A stretch of 64,000 bases of DNA, taken from the NCBI RefSeq assembly GCF_009914755.1, contig NC_060940.1; one strand, given 5' to 3'. The position numbers were made by a program, and so were the translations under genes. The notes beneath the pieces were generated by a model. It saw nothing but the letters and a program-made list of their open reading frames with translations. It did not search any database and was not told the DNA's origin. Each line of letters starts with the position of its first letter. Within the stretch, counting starts at the first letter, position 1. Positions 33,911 through 48,214 of the stretch are shown here, piece after piece. This stretch comes from the human T2T-CHM13v2.0 reference genome, Homo sapiens.

Positions 33911-35781
33911 AGGGAGATAAAATAATTTAATCCATTGGCCCCTGTGACTGTGGGACTAACATGGCTATGATCTGTCGGACAGACTTCAGGCTGGCACCCA
34001 GGCAAAATTGTATGCTGTAGTAAATGCATCATGCACATTTGTAACAACACGTACATAACAATGTCACAAAATACTTTCATGGTGACACCTAGATTAGTGT
34101 TTTATTGAATAGCTGATGATATAAACTGGCTCATTTGGTGCCAAGACTGACCATCACCACCATACCAAGGTCATCACCGATCAGAGGCCTAACCCAAGGA
34201 GGGGGTCATGTGCAGGCCCAGCGGTGGGGAGGAAAGATGCCGCAGAGGAGACGGATGCCCACAGAGGCCCCTGAGCGGATACCATGCTCACTAAGTGGTA
34301 AGTATAGACTCAACATAGGCTGTAAGCTCTCCCCCTGTGCAAATGGGACCCCATCCACTTGAGAGTCAAGGGTCTGTTTGGGTGGCAGGGTTAGCCACTT
34401 CTGAAGGTAGAAAGGAAAATAAGCCACCAAATTGGTACCTTTCTGTGAAATGGACATCGTGCTCAGAATCTCCATTTTCCCCACAACCTGGAGGAATAAG
34501 TACTGTCATCTGCATTTTATAGCTGAGGAATCTGACTGAACAAAATTGAATTACTCGCCTAAGCAATTAGCAATTAACCAAGTCTTTCTGACTCAGAAAC
34601 CCAGCTGTTGCCTGTTCATATCCAGCCCCTGTATTGGTGTCAAGATCTGTCCTGTTCTCAATGCAGCAAGATCCAGGCAGATCACACTGGACTCCCAGCA
34701 CTGAATCTGGCTCAAGGGGACATCAAATTTGACTGGGTCATGGGGCTCAGGAGCATCACTCTCAAAAATAGCAGTACAGGAAGAGGCGATGGCCCTAAAC
34801 AGCATTTGCAGGCAGATCCCATGTTAATCGTAAGGGTCAGGACTCTCTCACTTTTCTGTCTCTCTCTCTGTCTCTCCTCTAGGGCTGACCCCACATTGGA
34901 CACCACTGCTTCCATGTCCATCACACACCACAGCTGCCTTTTCTTCTGCCTGCTTATGGGAAAGTCCCCTCCTCTCCTCCGTTTTCTTCTCTTCCTGCCC
35001 TGTCACACCGTGCACTTCTCCCTTTCCTTAAAGAACCACCATCAACTTTAGGAGGAGGGAAAGGGGTGGCTCTGGCAGGAAAAGCCAGAATCCCCTCTAG
35101 CCAACAGAGAGAGAGAGAGGAATGGCTGCATGTTTTCTCCCCCAATCCAAGGCACTGGGTCTTGGCTGAGTTGCAGGTTCCAAGCTGCTCTCCTGCTGTG
35201 TCGGTGAGTTCTGGTCAACCTGCAACCTCCTGACGTGGCCACTGCAGTTCATCGAGTCTTCAGGGACTCCCCATGGCCTAGAGTACTTTGCCTTGCTTAC
35301 ACGGGAGAGGAGAATGGATTTATAGAGAACATCATCTAAATCCAACTTGACCATTGTGTGGCCACACTTGCTAGATTGCTATAGTCTAAATCTAGCATTG
35401 TAGAAAGACGGGGGAGCTTGGAGCTGCACAAACCCAGGTCTGGAAATGGCTCCTTACCTTAGAAGGTGAATGATCCTGGCAGGACTTAGCCTCCCTGGGC
35501 CTCAGTTTCTTTATCTGTTTCATGGGAATGAGGATCTCTGCTGGTTGGTTGGGTGATGCGGGGGCTGTGTGAAAACAGCTTGTCAATACAAGCCGAAATA
35601 GAAATATTTCTCCACAGAGTATGAAGGTCAAATGAGAGAATACATTTAAATTAAATGGAAAATTAAAATGGCAAAAAAGGCAAAGCTGTATTCAAAGTTC
35701 CGAGCTTCTCTATAAGGAGCTTTTTGACTATGTAAGAATCCTGTACTCGTTCCCCCTAAATACAAAAAAAAAAAAAAAAAA

Positions 35782-36077
35782 GTTGAAGGAGGCAGAAGGG
35801 AGAGTGATGCACGATGGGCGAGGACTTCACCTGCTGTTGCTGGCTTTGAGGATAGAGAAAGAAGGCCACAAACCTAGAAGCTGGAGCCCCCAGAAGCTAG
35901 AAAAGGCAGGGAGCCGATTCATCCCTTAAGCCTCCAGAAGGGACATAGCCCCGCTAGCACCTTGATTTTAGCCCAGTGAGATCCTCTTAGGAATTTTGGC
36001 AACCAGAACTATAAGACAGAAATGGAAGCCACTGAGTCTGTAGCTGTTTGTTGCAGCAGCAATAGAAAACTAATGCA
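35782..36077 (+). mobile_element. MLT1D-like LTR fragment
   Basis: gcaccttgattttagcccagtgaga...ttgttgcagcagcaatagaaaactaatgca. Confidence 0.75.
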
Positions 36078-36095
36078 GAGCCCAAGAAATCACTG

Positions 36096-36216
36096 GTGAT
36101 GAGATGGGGAAAGTGGGCTCAGGAGGTCTGGATCTGTGATGAGATGGGGAAAGTGGGCTCAGGAGGTCTGGATCTGTGATGAGATGGGGGAAGTGGGCTC
36201 AGGAGGTCTGGATCTG
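36096..36216. repeat. Minisatellite, 3 x 40 bp (gtgatgagatgggg(a/g)aagtgggctcaggaggtctggatct)
   Basis: Units start at 36096, 36136 and 36176; near-identical. Confidence 0.95.
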
Positions 36217-38699
36217 AGGTGCGGATCTGGAGTGGAAGGGGAATTCATTTGTTCATTGTCTATCCTTTTGCATTGATTGGGTTTTTTTCTATATATATGT
36301 GTGAATTTTCACAATAACAGTTTTTTCCAAAATAAAATAAAAGAACAAAAGGGGCTTTTTGCAACCCAAATCCTATCTATGTCTGAGTCCACTTGTATTG
36401 AATGAGTCTTTCTGTTAACGTCCTTATATTTGGGTGACAATCTGAATGGCAGTGACCAATCAGAGCAGAGGCAAACCTTGGAGTGGGCAGGGCATCCTGA
36501 GGGCCCTGATTCCTGCCATGAGTCATAACCCTTTAGGTGCCAGACCATGGGGAGGTCCAGGGGTTGCAGGGGAGGGCTGTGCATCTGCAATGACTCTCAG
36601 GGGGCTCCTGGTGGTGGCAATTGGTGAATCTGCACAGTGGTGTTTCAATATTGTCACAACCCTGCTGTCTCTCATGCTCTCAAAAAGCATTTCTCTTACC
36701 TGTGACAGACTTCCTATACCTAACAGCTTGCAAAAGTGTTCCAGGTTAATGAGAATAATCTCTCGGAGCCATACCTCCCTGCTTGGCGTCTCAGTTTCCC
36801 CAACTGTCTCCAGACAAGTTAGGCTAGAAGGCCCCTGAGCCTCAGCCCCTCTATACCCCTCCTGTCACCGAGACCTGATCTGGGTCTTGCACCCTGGGTG
36901 CAGCATGACAGGGGTGGGCAGGGGCTGGCTCTGGGCCAGAGGACCCTTTCTGATGGACTTCAGCTGTTGGCCTTGCAGGGGAGACAGATCAACCTCCCAA
37001 GAGTCATACGGTGAGTAGCGGTGGGCAAATCCATCCCCCTCGTCTTAGATTTATGGGGAGACAGACAAAGAGGAGACACTCCAGGAAGACCTGCAGGTGG
37101 GAGTACCAGGTTGAAACCAAGGACACCTTCCTGGAGGAGCTGCTGCTTGAGCCAGCTCTGAGAACAGGTGGGGACAGGACTGGAGAGGAGGAGGGAGTCC
37201 CCTATGAGCAAAGACTGGCCACCACCCCACCTAACACCCCCACAGGGCCCCTGTGGCATCCCTGTCCAGTCCCTGTCACCACCCAGTTTTTCCCTCTGGA
37301 CCCAGGAATTCAAAGTAAGCAAGGAGGTCCGCTGCTCCAGTTGGCTGCAAATAATTACAACCTTAAGCCCAAGCAGCACTTTGGGTCCTGGTTTGGGACC
37401 ATGAAGCGGCTCGGTGAGACTGAGAGGTAAGGCCAGGGCAGGAATTGGGACAGTAGGATTGAACTCTCCCTGGGGGCCAGCCTCAGAAAGCCTGTGGCCA
37501 TAGCCTCTTGGCCAACATCAGATCCTGTGGTCTGGCAATGCCTGGGGTACCCAGACCTCACTCTGGACAGGCCCTGGGAGGGGGCCCTGGTGAGATTCCT
37601 GGCAGCCTCACAGCCACTCTTCTGTCCGTAGCTACAACCTGTCATGCCAGCTGGAGGCTCCATCCCAGTTGGCTGGGAGCACAAAGGCCAGGAAGATAGA
37701 CATCACCCACCACAGGGGCCAGTCGGGGCCTGAGCCAGGGCGGGCAGAGGTTGGCTGCCTTGGGATATGGGTGGGCTCAGGGAGTCAGACAGCAAGGGAC
37801 TAGCCTCCCATCCTACTCCTGACCAGACCTGTGACTGGGGAGAGTCACCTTACTTCTCTGGGCCTCAGTTTCCCCCTCTGTGGAGTGACGCTAAATGATC
37901 TCTCTGGAGACGGGGATCAATAGGGCACTGGTGATTGACCAGGCACTCAGCACATGCCTGGAACACACAGTGCAGGACTGTGGTGGGGAGGTGGCCTGAG
38001 ATCCTGGGGAGTCACCCATGTGTGCCTGCCCTTCCGACCAGCCACCAGGCCCTCAGGGCAGAGCCCACTACCAGCAGCAGCTCACACCCCGAGACCAGCT
38101 CAGAGGCAGCCCCTACCTCAGCAGCAGGGACATCACGGACACTTTAAGCTGGTACTAGGGTGGCTTCTCCAGCTCCCACGTGGAGAGGGGTCCCAGCTGA
38201 GTCCCACTCACGTGGAGTCTCATGCCCATGAAAGTGTCATTCACCACTGGCCAGGCTCATGAGGCCGCATGAGAGGGGGGTCACTGGGGAGGAGATATTG
38301 GGGGAACAGAGAGGATGGTTGAATTTTTGTATAATAGGCAGTGCAAGTGTTTACCGTTTGGGAGGGGAAAGGTTTGTTATTATTAGCAATGCTACACTTG
38401 AATATTATACTAAAATCCAGTCTCTCTATAACCTGGGAGTTGCTCTTTTGTTCTTTCTTTTCCTGTCTTAATTAAAATGAGATGCAGACTCTCACGGTCC
38501 ACAGTCAATTAAGAAATCTTGCACGGCCATCAGGTTATGTCTTGGAGAGCAGAGTTTCAGTACCATCAGCCTGGCAAGGAGCTGGGCCTGCTCCTCAGAG
38601 CTCCCGGGACTGCGAGATTTGGCATGTTCACAGGGCACCGTCACAGCCTCTGAAACATGCTGTCTTTAAAGACTTTTGCTGTGGCTCACTCACTCACAG

Positions 38700-39010
<311 letters not shown>

Positions 39011-40990
39011 GACATTTGCAAGGACCATGTCCTCACCCAGAATGGTGCCTGCCTTTCTACAGTTTTTCAGGAAGAGGAAACATTTTCTGCTTCTCTCGCT
39101 GAGGTTTTTTTTAACCACCCATTAGGAACCTATAGATTTCAGGATCGAACACTGGGATTCCCTCAGCACTAAAGGAGGAAAATTGCAAACAGAGCTGGAA
39201 GCGCAATGTGGAAAGGTCAGGCTGAGGAAGGTTCTTAGCCAGTAGACCAAGGGCAGGAAGGACACTGCCTCCTCAGTCTCCCACTAGGGAACTTGTGATT
39301 CTTGTCCCCTGATGTCAGAATTCCTTGTCATGTTTGTTTTGTCTCCAAGGGAAGGGTTTGAATTTCAGAATTTAAGGCTAGAGTGGGCCTCGTGCAGTTA
39401 ACATTAACCCTCTCTCTCCTTCGCTGGCCGAGGTGAGGTCCAGGACCATGTAGTTCTGACGTCCACTCTCTCGGGGGATCACCAGTTCACCCATCTCACC
39501 CGGCAAGCTGGGCCCTAGTTTGGCGACAGGCATCTTCCACCCACCTGGGAGGCAGGGTTCAACACTCTGCCTCTGACCTTGTTTCCTTCTTCTGCCACCT
39601 GCTTAGGCAACCAGAAGGGGTTGTCCAGCCAGCACCTGGGCTTTAGCGCTCCTCAAGCAGGTGGAGGAAGTTTCAGGCACCTGGCTCCTCAGGTGTCTGC
39701 CATCCAGGTGCTCTTCAGGCTTGCCCAGCAGAGCTCTCTTGATCCAGCTAGAACTGGCCAGAACTGACTCACTCAGGAATGTGTAGACTTTGGCATCAGG
39801 GGCTGCTTTAATTTGCACAATTTCCAAATACCTCTTTTTTCTTCTTTTTCTGATGAGTCATCTCCCTAGACTTGCATTTTAAAGAGATAGATAGTTATCA
39901 GGTTCCAGAGAAGACGTGGTAGAACATTTATATCTCAAAGACACAGAGCTGAGACTTCAGGTTTAGATATGATAATTTGCCTAAACCAAAAAGGAAGGTG
40001 TAGGTAAAGTTCTAGTCAAGACAGGATGGCCAGGAAAAACACCTTAAACCAAGGGATGGCTTGCTTTGCTGATTTAAGCCAATGGCTTCTTTATCATAAG
40101 ACTTCCCAGTGATTTAGTCCTCCCTCTCTTCCAGTGCACAGAGACATACCCCTCCTTACAAATTAAAAATGTTCTTTATAGATGGAAATTTATTTTACAA
40201 AAATGTTTCAAAATAACCAGATGAAAATCATCCTTATGCCAGAAAGACTTTATTTTTTTATTACTAGAAATGAAACAGTAAGTATTTGTTGTATTGACAT
40301 ACTTGGGCTTAGACCTATGTTTAACAAGAAAGCCTAATAATAACACTGTGGTTAGACTCTAGCCTATTTTTCCAAACCATCATTTTATTATTAAGGAAAC
40401 AAAGGATCAAATACCTTTCATTCATCTGATAGGATCCTTTAAAACACATTCCACCAATAAGTCCTATTTGGAACAGCTGAAAATCTTTTAATAAAACTTT
40501 TTAAAGATGAGCTCATGGCTTAGTGTAAATTTCACAAGCTTAATTAGGTCAAGTGGAAGGAACTCAGATGAGCAGTTGCCCAATCAGAGCCCATTATTTG
40601 TAAGTCATCAGCCCCCTCCATGACCTTAAAACTCCACTCTGACCTAATTATTGCAAACCTATACACAACAAAGTGAAAGGATTAATTTTCATTCATCAAC
40701 CTCTCAATCCCAGATTTTCAAAGAAAAACCTGTGTAAGGAATACTTACCAAAACCAGACAGAAAAATTAGAGCCTGCATACTTAAGAGTCAAATTTGTTC
40801 CACTACAGCCAGGTCGCATACAGTTACATCATTTGGTTCTCCATACACTCTAGAACTGACCAGGACAGAGTTTAGCGTAGAAAAACTGTAAGAAATAGGT
40901 TCTGAAACATAGAAATTGCAAAGTTCAAAAGGCTATGAAAAAAACGAATGTAAATGAGACTTCCCTCCCTTTGTTTTAAATAAATAGACC

Positions 40991-41745
40991 CATCAGAGAA
41001 ATGCAAATCAAAACCACAATGAGATACCATCTCACACCAGTTAGAATGGCGATCATTAAAAAGTCAGGAAACAACAGGTGCTGCCGAGGATGTGGAGAAA
41101 TAGGAACACTTTCACACTGTTGGTGGGACTGTAAACTAGTTCAACCATTGTGGAAGACAGTGTGGCCATTCCTCAGGGATCTAGAACTAGAAATACCATT
41201 TGACCCAGCCATCCCACTGCTGGGTATATACCCAAAGGATTATAAATCATGCTGCTATAAAGACACATGCACACGTATGTTTATTGTGGCACTACTCACA
41301 ATAGCAAAGACTTGGAACAAACCCAAATGTCCAAAAACGATAGACTGGATTAAGAAAATGTGGCACATATACACCATGGAATACTATGCAGCCATAAAAA
41401 ATGATGAGTTCATATCCTTTGCAGGGACATGGATGAAGCTGGAAACCATCATTCTTAGCAAACTATCACAAGGACAAAAAACCAAACACCGCATGTTCTC
41501 ACTCATAGATGGGAATTGAACAATGAGAACACTTGGACACAGGAAGGGGAACATCACACACCAGGGCCTGTTGTGGGGTGGGGGGAGGGGGGAGGGATAG
41601 CATTAGGAGATATGCCTAATATAAATGATGAGTTAATGGGTGCAGCACACCAACATGGCACATGTATTCATATGCAACAAACCTGCACATTGTGCATGTG
41701 TACCCTAGAATTTAAAGTATAATAAAAAAATAAAAAAAGAAAGAA
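40991..41745 (+). mobile_element. 5'-truncated L1PA (approx. L1PA4-5) 3' end: ORF2 C-terminal cysteine-rich region, 3'UTR, polyA
   Basis: [27 protein letters not shown]...[10 protein letters not shown]; G-rich 3'UTR; probable short TSD aaataga. Confidence 0.93.
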
Positions 41746-44611
41746 ATAGATGTTCTGTAAAAATATACACAATTTTTACAGACAAATACATTTATAAGTT
41801 GTTTTTATCTTAAAAATTGGGGATATTTCATATTTATAACTAATTATTGAGCCTTAAGTTTTCTTGGCCATTTCTAGGCTAATAAACTAAGAATCATGTA
41901 AACTAAGCCAAAGTAGAATAGACATAAAAGTCCTGAACACTTCAACTTCCTATTCTTCAAGAAGTATACTTGGCAAATCTCATTTGAGAGAGGAAAAGCT
42001 TTCCTCCACCCTCTGTTTTACAGCGCTGAGGCTTCTCATCACATTTCTATGACTTGTAGCTTAATCCATGTTACATGGTCACTGGCATTATTAGTGCTTC
42101 TCTTTTAACACTGTAGGAATTAATCAATTTGGTGGTGTATTTAATTAATTCTATCACTAGAGGATTGTAAAATTACATATATGAATACCTCACTTTAGAG
42201 GCCACTTAATTTTTTTCCAAGGGGATATTTGACTATATTTCACTTGTGTCTTAATGATTTTATAATTTAAACCCTAAATTATAAATCTAGAATTTAGAAA
42301 GTATATTTCCTCACTGGATTACATTTTTGGAAATATTATATGTGCACAAATATTACAAAATCACTGTAGACACCTGAAAACTATATTATCTTTTAAAGGC
42401 AATATTCTACATTAAACTGCCATAACAAAATTGTTTGGTGCATTTTTTCTAGTACATTTTGTATATATTACATGTTTAACCTTTTTTTATCCAGCAAATA
42501 ATTTTTGAGTATCCACTAAGTGCTAGGTTCTGCATGACTAACTGAATTTAAAGAGTGAAATAACAGACATGGTCTCAGACAATACAAATTAACATTAGGT
42601 CACCTATTTATATATTTTTAAATGGTAATTATGAAAACTTTTTGAGATTTTTAACTAGATAACATTATAATAACACACTTGATGTTGTTAATATTTGCCA
42701 GTGAGCAAAAAAGAAAATAAAAAGATGGTTTTATTCAATATACACTTTAAAATTGCAGGAAATAGTCGAGTTTCTCTGCTTTGCAGTTGAATGTCTATGT
42801 GTTTTTCTCTGCAACTTGGCTTTTGTGGAGTGAGAGAAACAATTATTCTTCCAGCCCAATGAAGGCAGAAGAGTAACAATAAATCTAATATTTTAAATGC
42901 TTATCAAAAGATAGTAAACATATTATTTCAGAATACTGAGATCAATAAGTTGACCTAGAAAAAAAGCCAAACTGACAGTATTACTGAATAAGGAAAGGCC
43001 CAAAGAGACAAAATACTTATTATTTTGTAACCTCGGTATGACACAACCTACCCTAACTATAAAGACCCTAAATTACCAAGATGGGTGCTTATAATATGGA
43101 GAGTAAAAAAAGTCATTTCACTTTTAGCTTTTTTATTTCTCTCAGAATAAAAAGTGTATAAGGAGTTGATAAAGAAGTTGATACTATAAGTTAGTACTAC
43201 AATGACAGCACTTTTCAAGAAAAGACTTTTTTCTCTCTTACAAATATCATGTTAGCAGTATTTGTTTTCTCCAGAAATAATGAGGAAATAAAAACATAAG
43301 TATGTGGGTAATTAGTGTAGTTTCTTAAAGAAATGAGTTAGGCAACAGGCTAATAATGTATACTTCGCTGGCTTTTGAATGCCAACAATCATATTCTTTA
43401 TAAGGCACAGGGAAGATTTTTCTAAAGAACAAGTATGTGAACCTGAAAAGTAATCACCACTTGGTAGTGACAATATGGATAGGGTGAAGGGCGTCACCAA
43501 GAAGCAATGAAAAGATACATTTGCAGTTAAATTTGAAAACCATGATGTTTAATACATATAGTAATAAAGAATACTTTCTCCTGTTTCAAAATTATTTTAG
43601 AATTTAAGATAGAAGCTAAAATACCTAGGGATAATGATATGACTATTGAAAATTAAAAATTAAAGGACATTTTGAGTATTAGAAGTTAAGAATGAGAACT
43701 TATTACCCAATGAACAGGGGATAATTCATTATGCTCCATATCCATTGAATTAAAAGACAGGCCCATTACCTGGATAATTTGAAAGTTTAATTTTATTTAA
43801 AAGTCTTGTTTCATTCATCAAGCTAAAGGATTAGCTCCCAGAAATATTCTAGGATTGCATATCCCCAACTCTGTAGGAAGTATAGAAAGAATGTTATAAG
43901 GGCCACCACCTAAACATTATTATGTAAATAATTTAGTACCATTCCATTTGCCTTTGTAGATTTAAAAATGTAAATGGCTTTCTCATATTAGGAAACATCA
44001 TTTTTCAAAACCCAGATAAACATAGTATATTGCAAGAGAATAATTATTTTCTTTATTAAAAAAGAAATACTGGATGCTAAGTCCAAAAGACATAAATTAT
44101 TTTATACTAATAACTACCAACATTTTATTCATTAAAATATAAAGGTCAAAGATTTTAAAATGATCTTTAAATGATTAATAACATGTTGATCTTTTTCTTC
44201 TTTCTGTAAACCTTTTTGAGTCTTAAAAATACTAAACTATACAAGCAATATTAAATAGTATATAAACTTGGATTAAAATATTCAAATTTACTAGAATGTG
44301 GACATTGGAAAGAATGAAAATAAACAGAAGCATAAAGCAGCAGATATAAAATTACGAAAGCAACTAAGAGTGTTTAAAGTACATATTCATCTGTAGTCTA
44401 ATGTCTACCATAAACAATGACTCTTCTCAGTAAAACACAAATCGTTCATGAAGGGAAAAAGCATGTTGTATTAGAGAATATTCAACATAACTTTTTTAGT
44501 ACTAACTTGTGCCTGGAGTATTATTGGTTTTTCTATTATGAACTTATGCACTTGATATTTTTTTTCATAAAGATTGTATGTACAACTCCATTCAAAAGCA
44601 GTTTTTGGTGG

Positions 44612-44920
44612 TTTTTTTTTTTTTTTTTTTTTGAGACAGAGTTTTGCTCTTTTCACCCAGGCTGGAGTGCAATGGTGCGAACTTGGCTCACAGCAACCTA
44701 GCAACCTTTGCCTCCCAGGTTCAGGTGATTCTCTTGCCTCAGCCTCCTGAGTGGTTAGGACTACAAGCATGTACCACCATGCCTGGCTAATTTTGTGTTT
44801 TCAGTAGAGACATGGTTTTGCCATGTTGACCAGGCTGGTCTTGAACTCCTGACCTGAGGTAATCCGCCCACCTTGGCCTCCCAAAGTGCTGGGTATGGGC
44901 AAGAGCCACCATACCCGGCC
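44612..44920 (-). mobile_element. AluSp-like with TSD tcaaaagcagttttt
   Basis: Alu consensus and a 15-bp direct repeat. Confidence 0.9.
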
Positions 44921-45264
44921 TCAAAAGCAGTTTTTAAAAGCAAACACAATATAACACCAAAGTTGAAAAATCCATGCTCACCCAAGGATGCCAGGTTTAA
45001 TAAATTATTTATAGAACACTGCATCAAAAATAAGACAATAACCCAAAATATACCATTAAAGATGTATCCACTCCTACAACTAGAGATAATTAATCTATCT
45101 GGTAGCAAATGATACTTCAATCAGTTTCAGCATGTCTGAAATCTTTAAGGACAAAAGTGATAAAACATGACTTCATTCTTCATTAGACTCTTAGAACACT
45201 TGAAGGAAAATAATTTCTGAAGCACAAAGAGGTAAAGAGGTGTAATCTCTCAAAAAGATATTCA

Positions 45265-45587
<323 letters not shown>

Positions 45588-46144
45588 AGTGTAATATCAT
45601 ATCGGTATACACAGATAATATACTGAATGAAATAAATAGAATAATTTGAAGAGGTATCTTGATGAACAAGGAGTCATTAGAAAGGTTGTATTCATGTCTT
45701 TGAAGGAACTTTGCAATGTGAGAAATTAATACTTTGACTACTATACTAAAAGTTTATTGCTAACATGTATTGAGTTATTAACGTGTGTTAGGCAGAGTAC
45801 CATATAATTTGCAAGTGTTATCTCATTTATTGTAGGTAAAATGTAATTTCGAACTCTGGGAGTATAAACGAATTAGATAGAATAAAATTCTATTTAAATT
45901 GCTATCAGTAAATCGGTATCTAGGAACAGGGTGATACAGTGCCCAAGTTTTCTATTCTTACTAAATGTTGTGTTTCATTTTCAATGTTTTCTTGGATATT
46001 GCTCTTTTTTGGCGACTTTGATTTTTTTTATTTTAGAAAACTAATAAATTGACTCTTCTTGGTACTGACTCTTGGGTTTTATAGAAGAAAAAGTAATTAA
46101 ATTCTGTACATTTACCTTTACCTCATTTTTTCTCTTTTAAATTT

Positions 46145-47512
46145 ACTTTGACATATAATAAATGTACATGTTATGGGGTACAGAGTGATATTTTGATATA
46201 TTTATGCAATGCATAAAGATCAAGTCACAGTCATTATCATATCCATTACCTAAATCATGTATTATTTCTTTGCAGTGAGAATATTCAAAATCTTTTATTT
46301 TAGTTATTTGAAAACACACAATAAATTCCCGCTAACTACAGTCACCCAACAGTGCTGTAGAGAACTAGAACTTCTTCCTTCTCTCCACCTGTAATTTTGT
46401 ATGTATTAACCACATTTTTCTTATACTCTTCTTTCTCCTACTCTTTCCAGGATATGGTAACCAAAACTCTACTATCTACTTCTACGAGATTAAAAATTTT
46501 AGCTTCCATACATAAGTGAGAACACGTAGTTATGTGGTGTTTATGTTTCTATGCCAGGCTTATTTCACCTAACATAATGCCCTCCACTTGCATTCTTGTT
46601 GCCACAAATAACAGGATTTTGTTCTTTATTACGACTAAATAATATTCCATTATATATGTATGTCACATTTCTTTATCCATTCATCTGTTGATGGACACTT
46701 TTGTTGATTCCATATCTTGGCTATTGTGAATAGTGTTGTAATAAACATGCAGGTGCAGGTAACTCTTTGATATACTGATTTTCTTTCCTTTGGATATATA
46801 CTGAAAACCATATGATCAAATTAATAAACACAATAAAAGCATTTGGCAAAATTAAATATTCTTACATGACAAAAAACCTCTTAACAATTTAGTGTAGAAA
46901 ATATATGCCTTAACACAGAAGGACATAAAGGACAAATCTACAGCTAAGATCATACTGAGTGTGGAAAAGGTGAAAGATTTTACTGTGAACAAGAAAAAGA
47001 TTTTACTGTAACAAGAAAAGGATGCCTATTTTCACCAATCATATTTCACATAGTGAAAGTCTTAGCCAGGACAATTAGGTGAGAGAAAGAAATACAGGAT
47101 ATCTGAATTGGAAAGGAGACAGTCAAATTGTCCTTGTTTAAAGACAATGTGATCTTATACACGGAAAAAAATAAGATGCTACCAAAAGCTTCTTAGGGTG
47201 ATACATGAAATTAATAAAGTTGCAGGATATAAATCAACATACAAAAATCAGTAGCATTTCTATATATTGATAGTAAACTAGCTGAAACAAGAAATTAAGA
47301 AAGCAATTCCTTTTACAATAGCTGCAAAAATGTACTTAGAAATAAATTTAACCAAGGAAGTAAAAGATTTCTACAACAAAAATGACAAATATTAATGAAA
47401 GAAATTAAAGAAAACACAAAAAAGGAAAGACATCCACGTTTATAGATTGAAATAACTAATATTCTTAAAATGACCCACTATCCTATGTGATTTACAAATT
47501 TAGTACAATCAC
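46145..47512. mobile_element. Old L1MA-type element: 3' end on minus (46145-46800) abutting an ORF2 fragment on plus (46801-47512)
   Basis: Minus part has the typical ttctttatccattcatctgttgatggacac...ttggatatata. Plus part has gttgcaggatataaatcaacatacaaaaatcagtagcatttctata. Confidence 0.75.
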
Positions 47513-48214
47513 TAGCTTGTATTTTTAAAAGCACCTTTGCTGCATATTCCTAAGATATTCAATGACAATGCCTGGATTTAAGTTTGAGGTATTATTATAT
47601 CTATTTTATATTGGGCACAATATAATGTTATCAGAGATAACGGTTTTGATTGGTCCTAGGTCATACAGTAATATATACATTGTGATTTATAGACGTTATC
47701 TTTTAATACTCAGGCATTTAGAAAGTTCATTTAGACAAAGTTATAAAAACTTGCCCTCCTTTCTGCCTATATCACCTAAAAATCCTAAGAGGTAATAACA
47801 TTTTTTATTTGATATACAATTTATCAACACAATAAAAATCTAACAATTATCATGTGCAGAGTGTGAAAATCTCATCAGATTAAGAAACGCAAAGACATCT
47901 TTTTCATATTTTGAATGTAAAACTCTTTTGGAAACTTATTTTTAGAAACAGTTAAAAACATTTTTTCATTAGTTTTTCATGTAAAATTGTGACAACCAGC
48001 ATGAAATAACTGTCATCACAGAAGCATGGTATATTTGATTCCAAAACGTATTCTTTGTAAGTTTTAATATATTTATGTATTATTTATACTTAGATTGTAA
48101 CCCATAATGTAGATATTATTTTTCCTTCAACTCTTAAGAATATTCTTAAATAATAAAATTAAAATGAATTATAATTTTTGTTGGTTGGGAAAAAGAATAG
48201 ACACACACGTGACA

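Noticed and set aside
36096-36216. CRISPR-like array
   Set aside because: Head-to-tail repeats with no spacers, in primate DNA, and no cas genes.
41001-41519. 172-aa ORF as a gene or active retrotransposon
   Set aside because: It is only the C-terminal fragment of a 5'-truncated L1 ORF2, with no endonuclease or RT domain.
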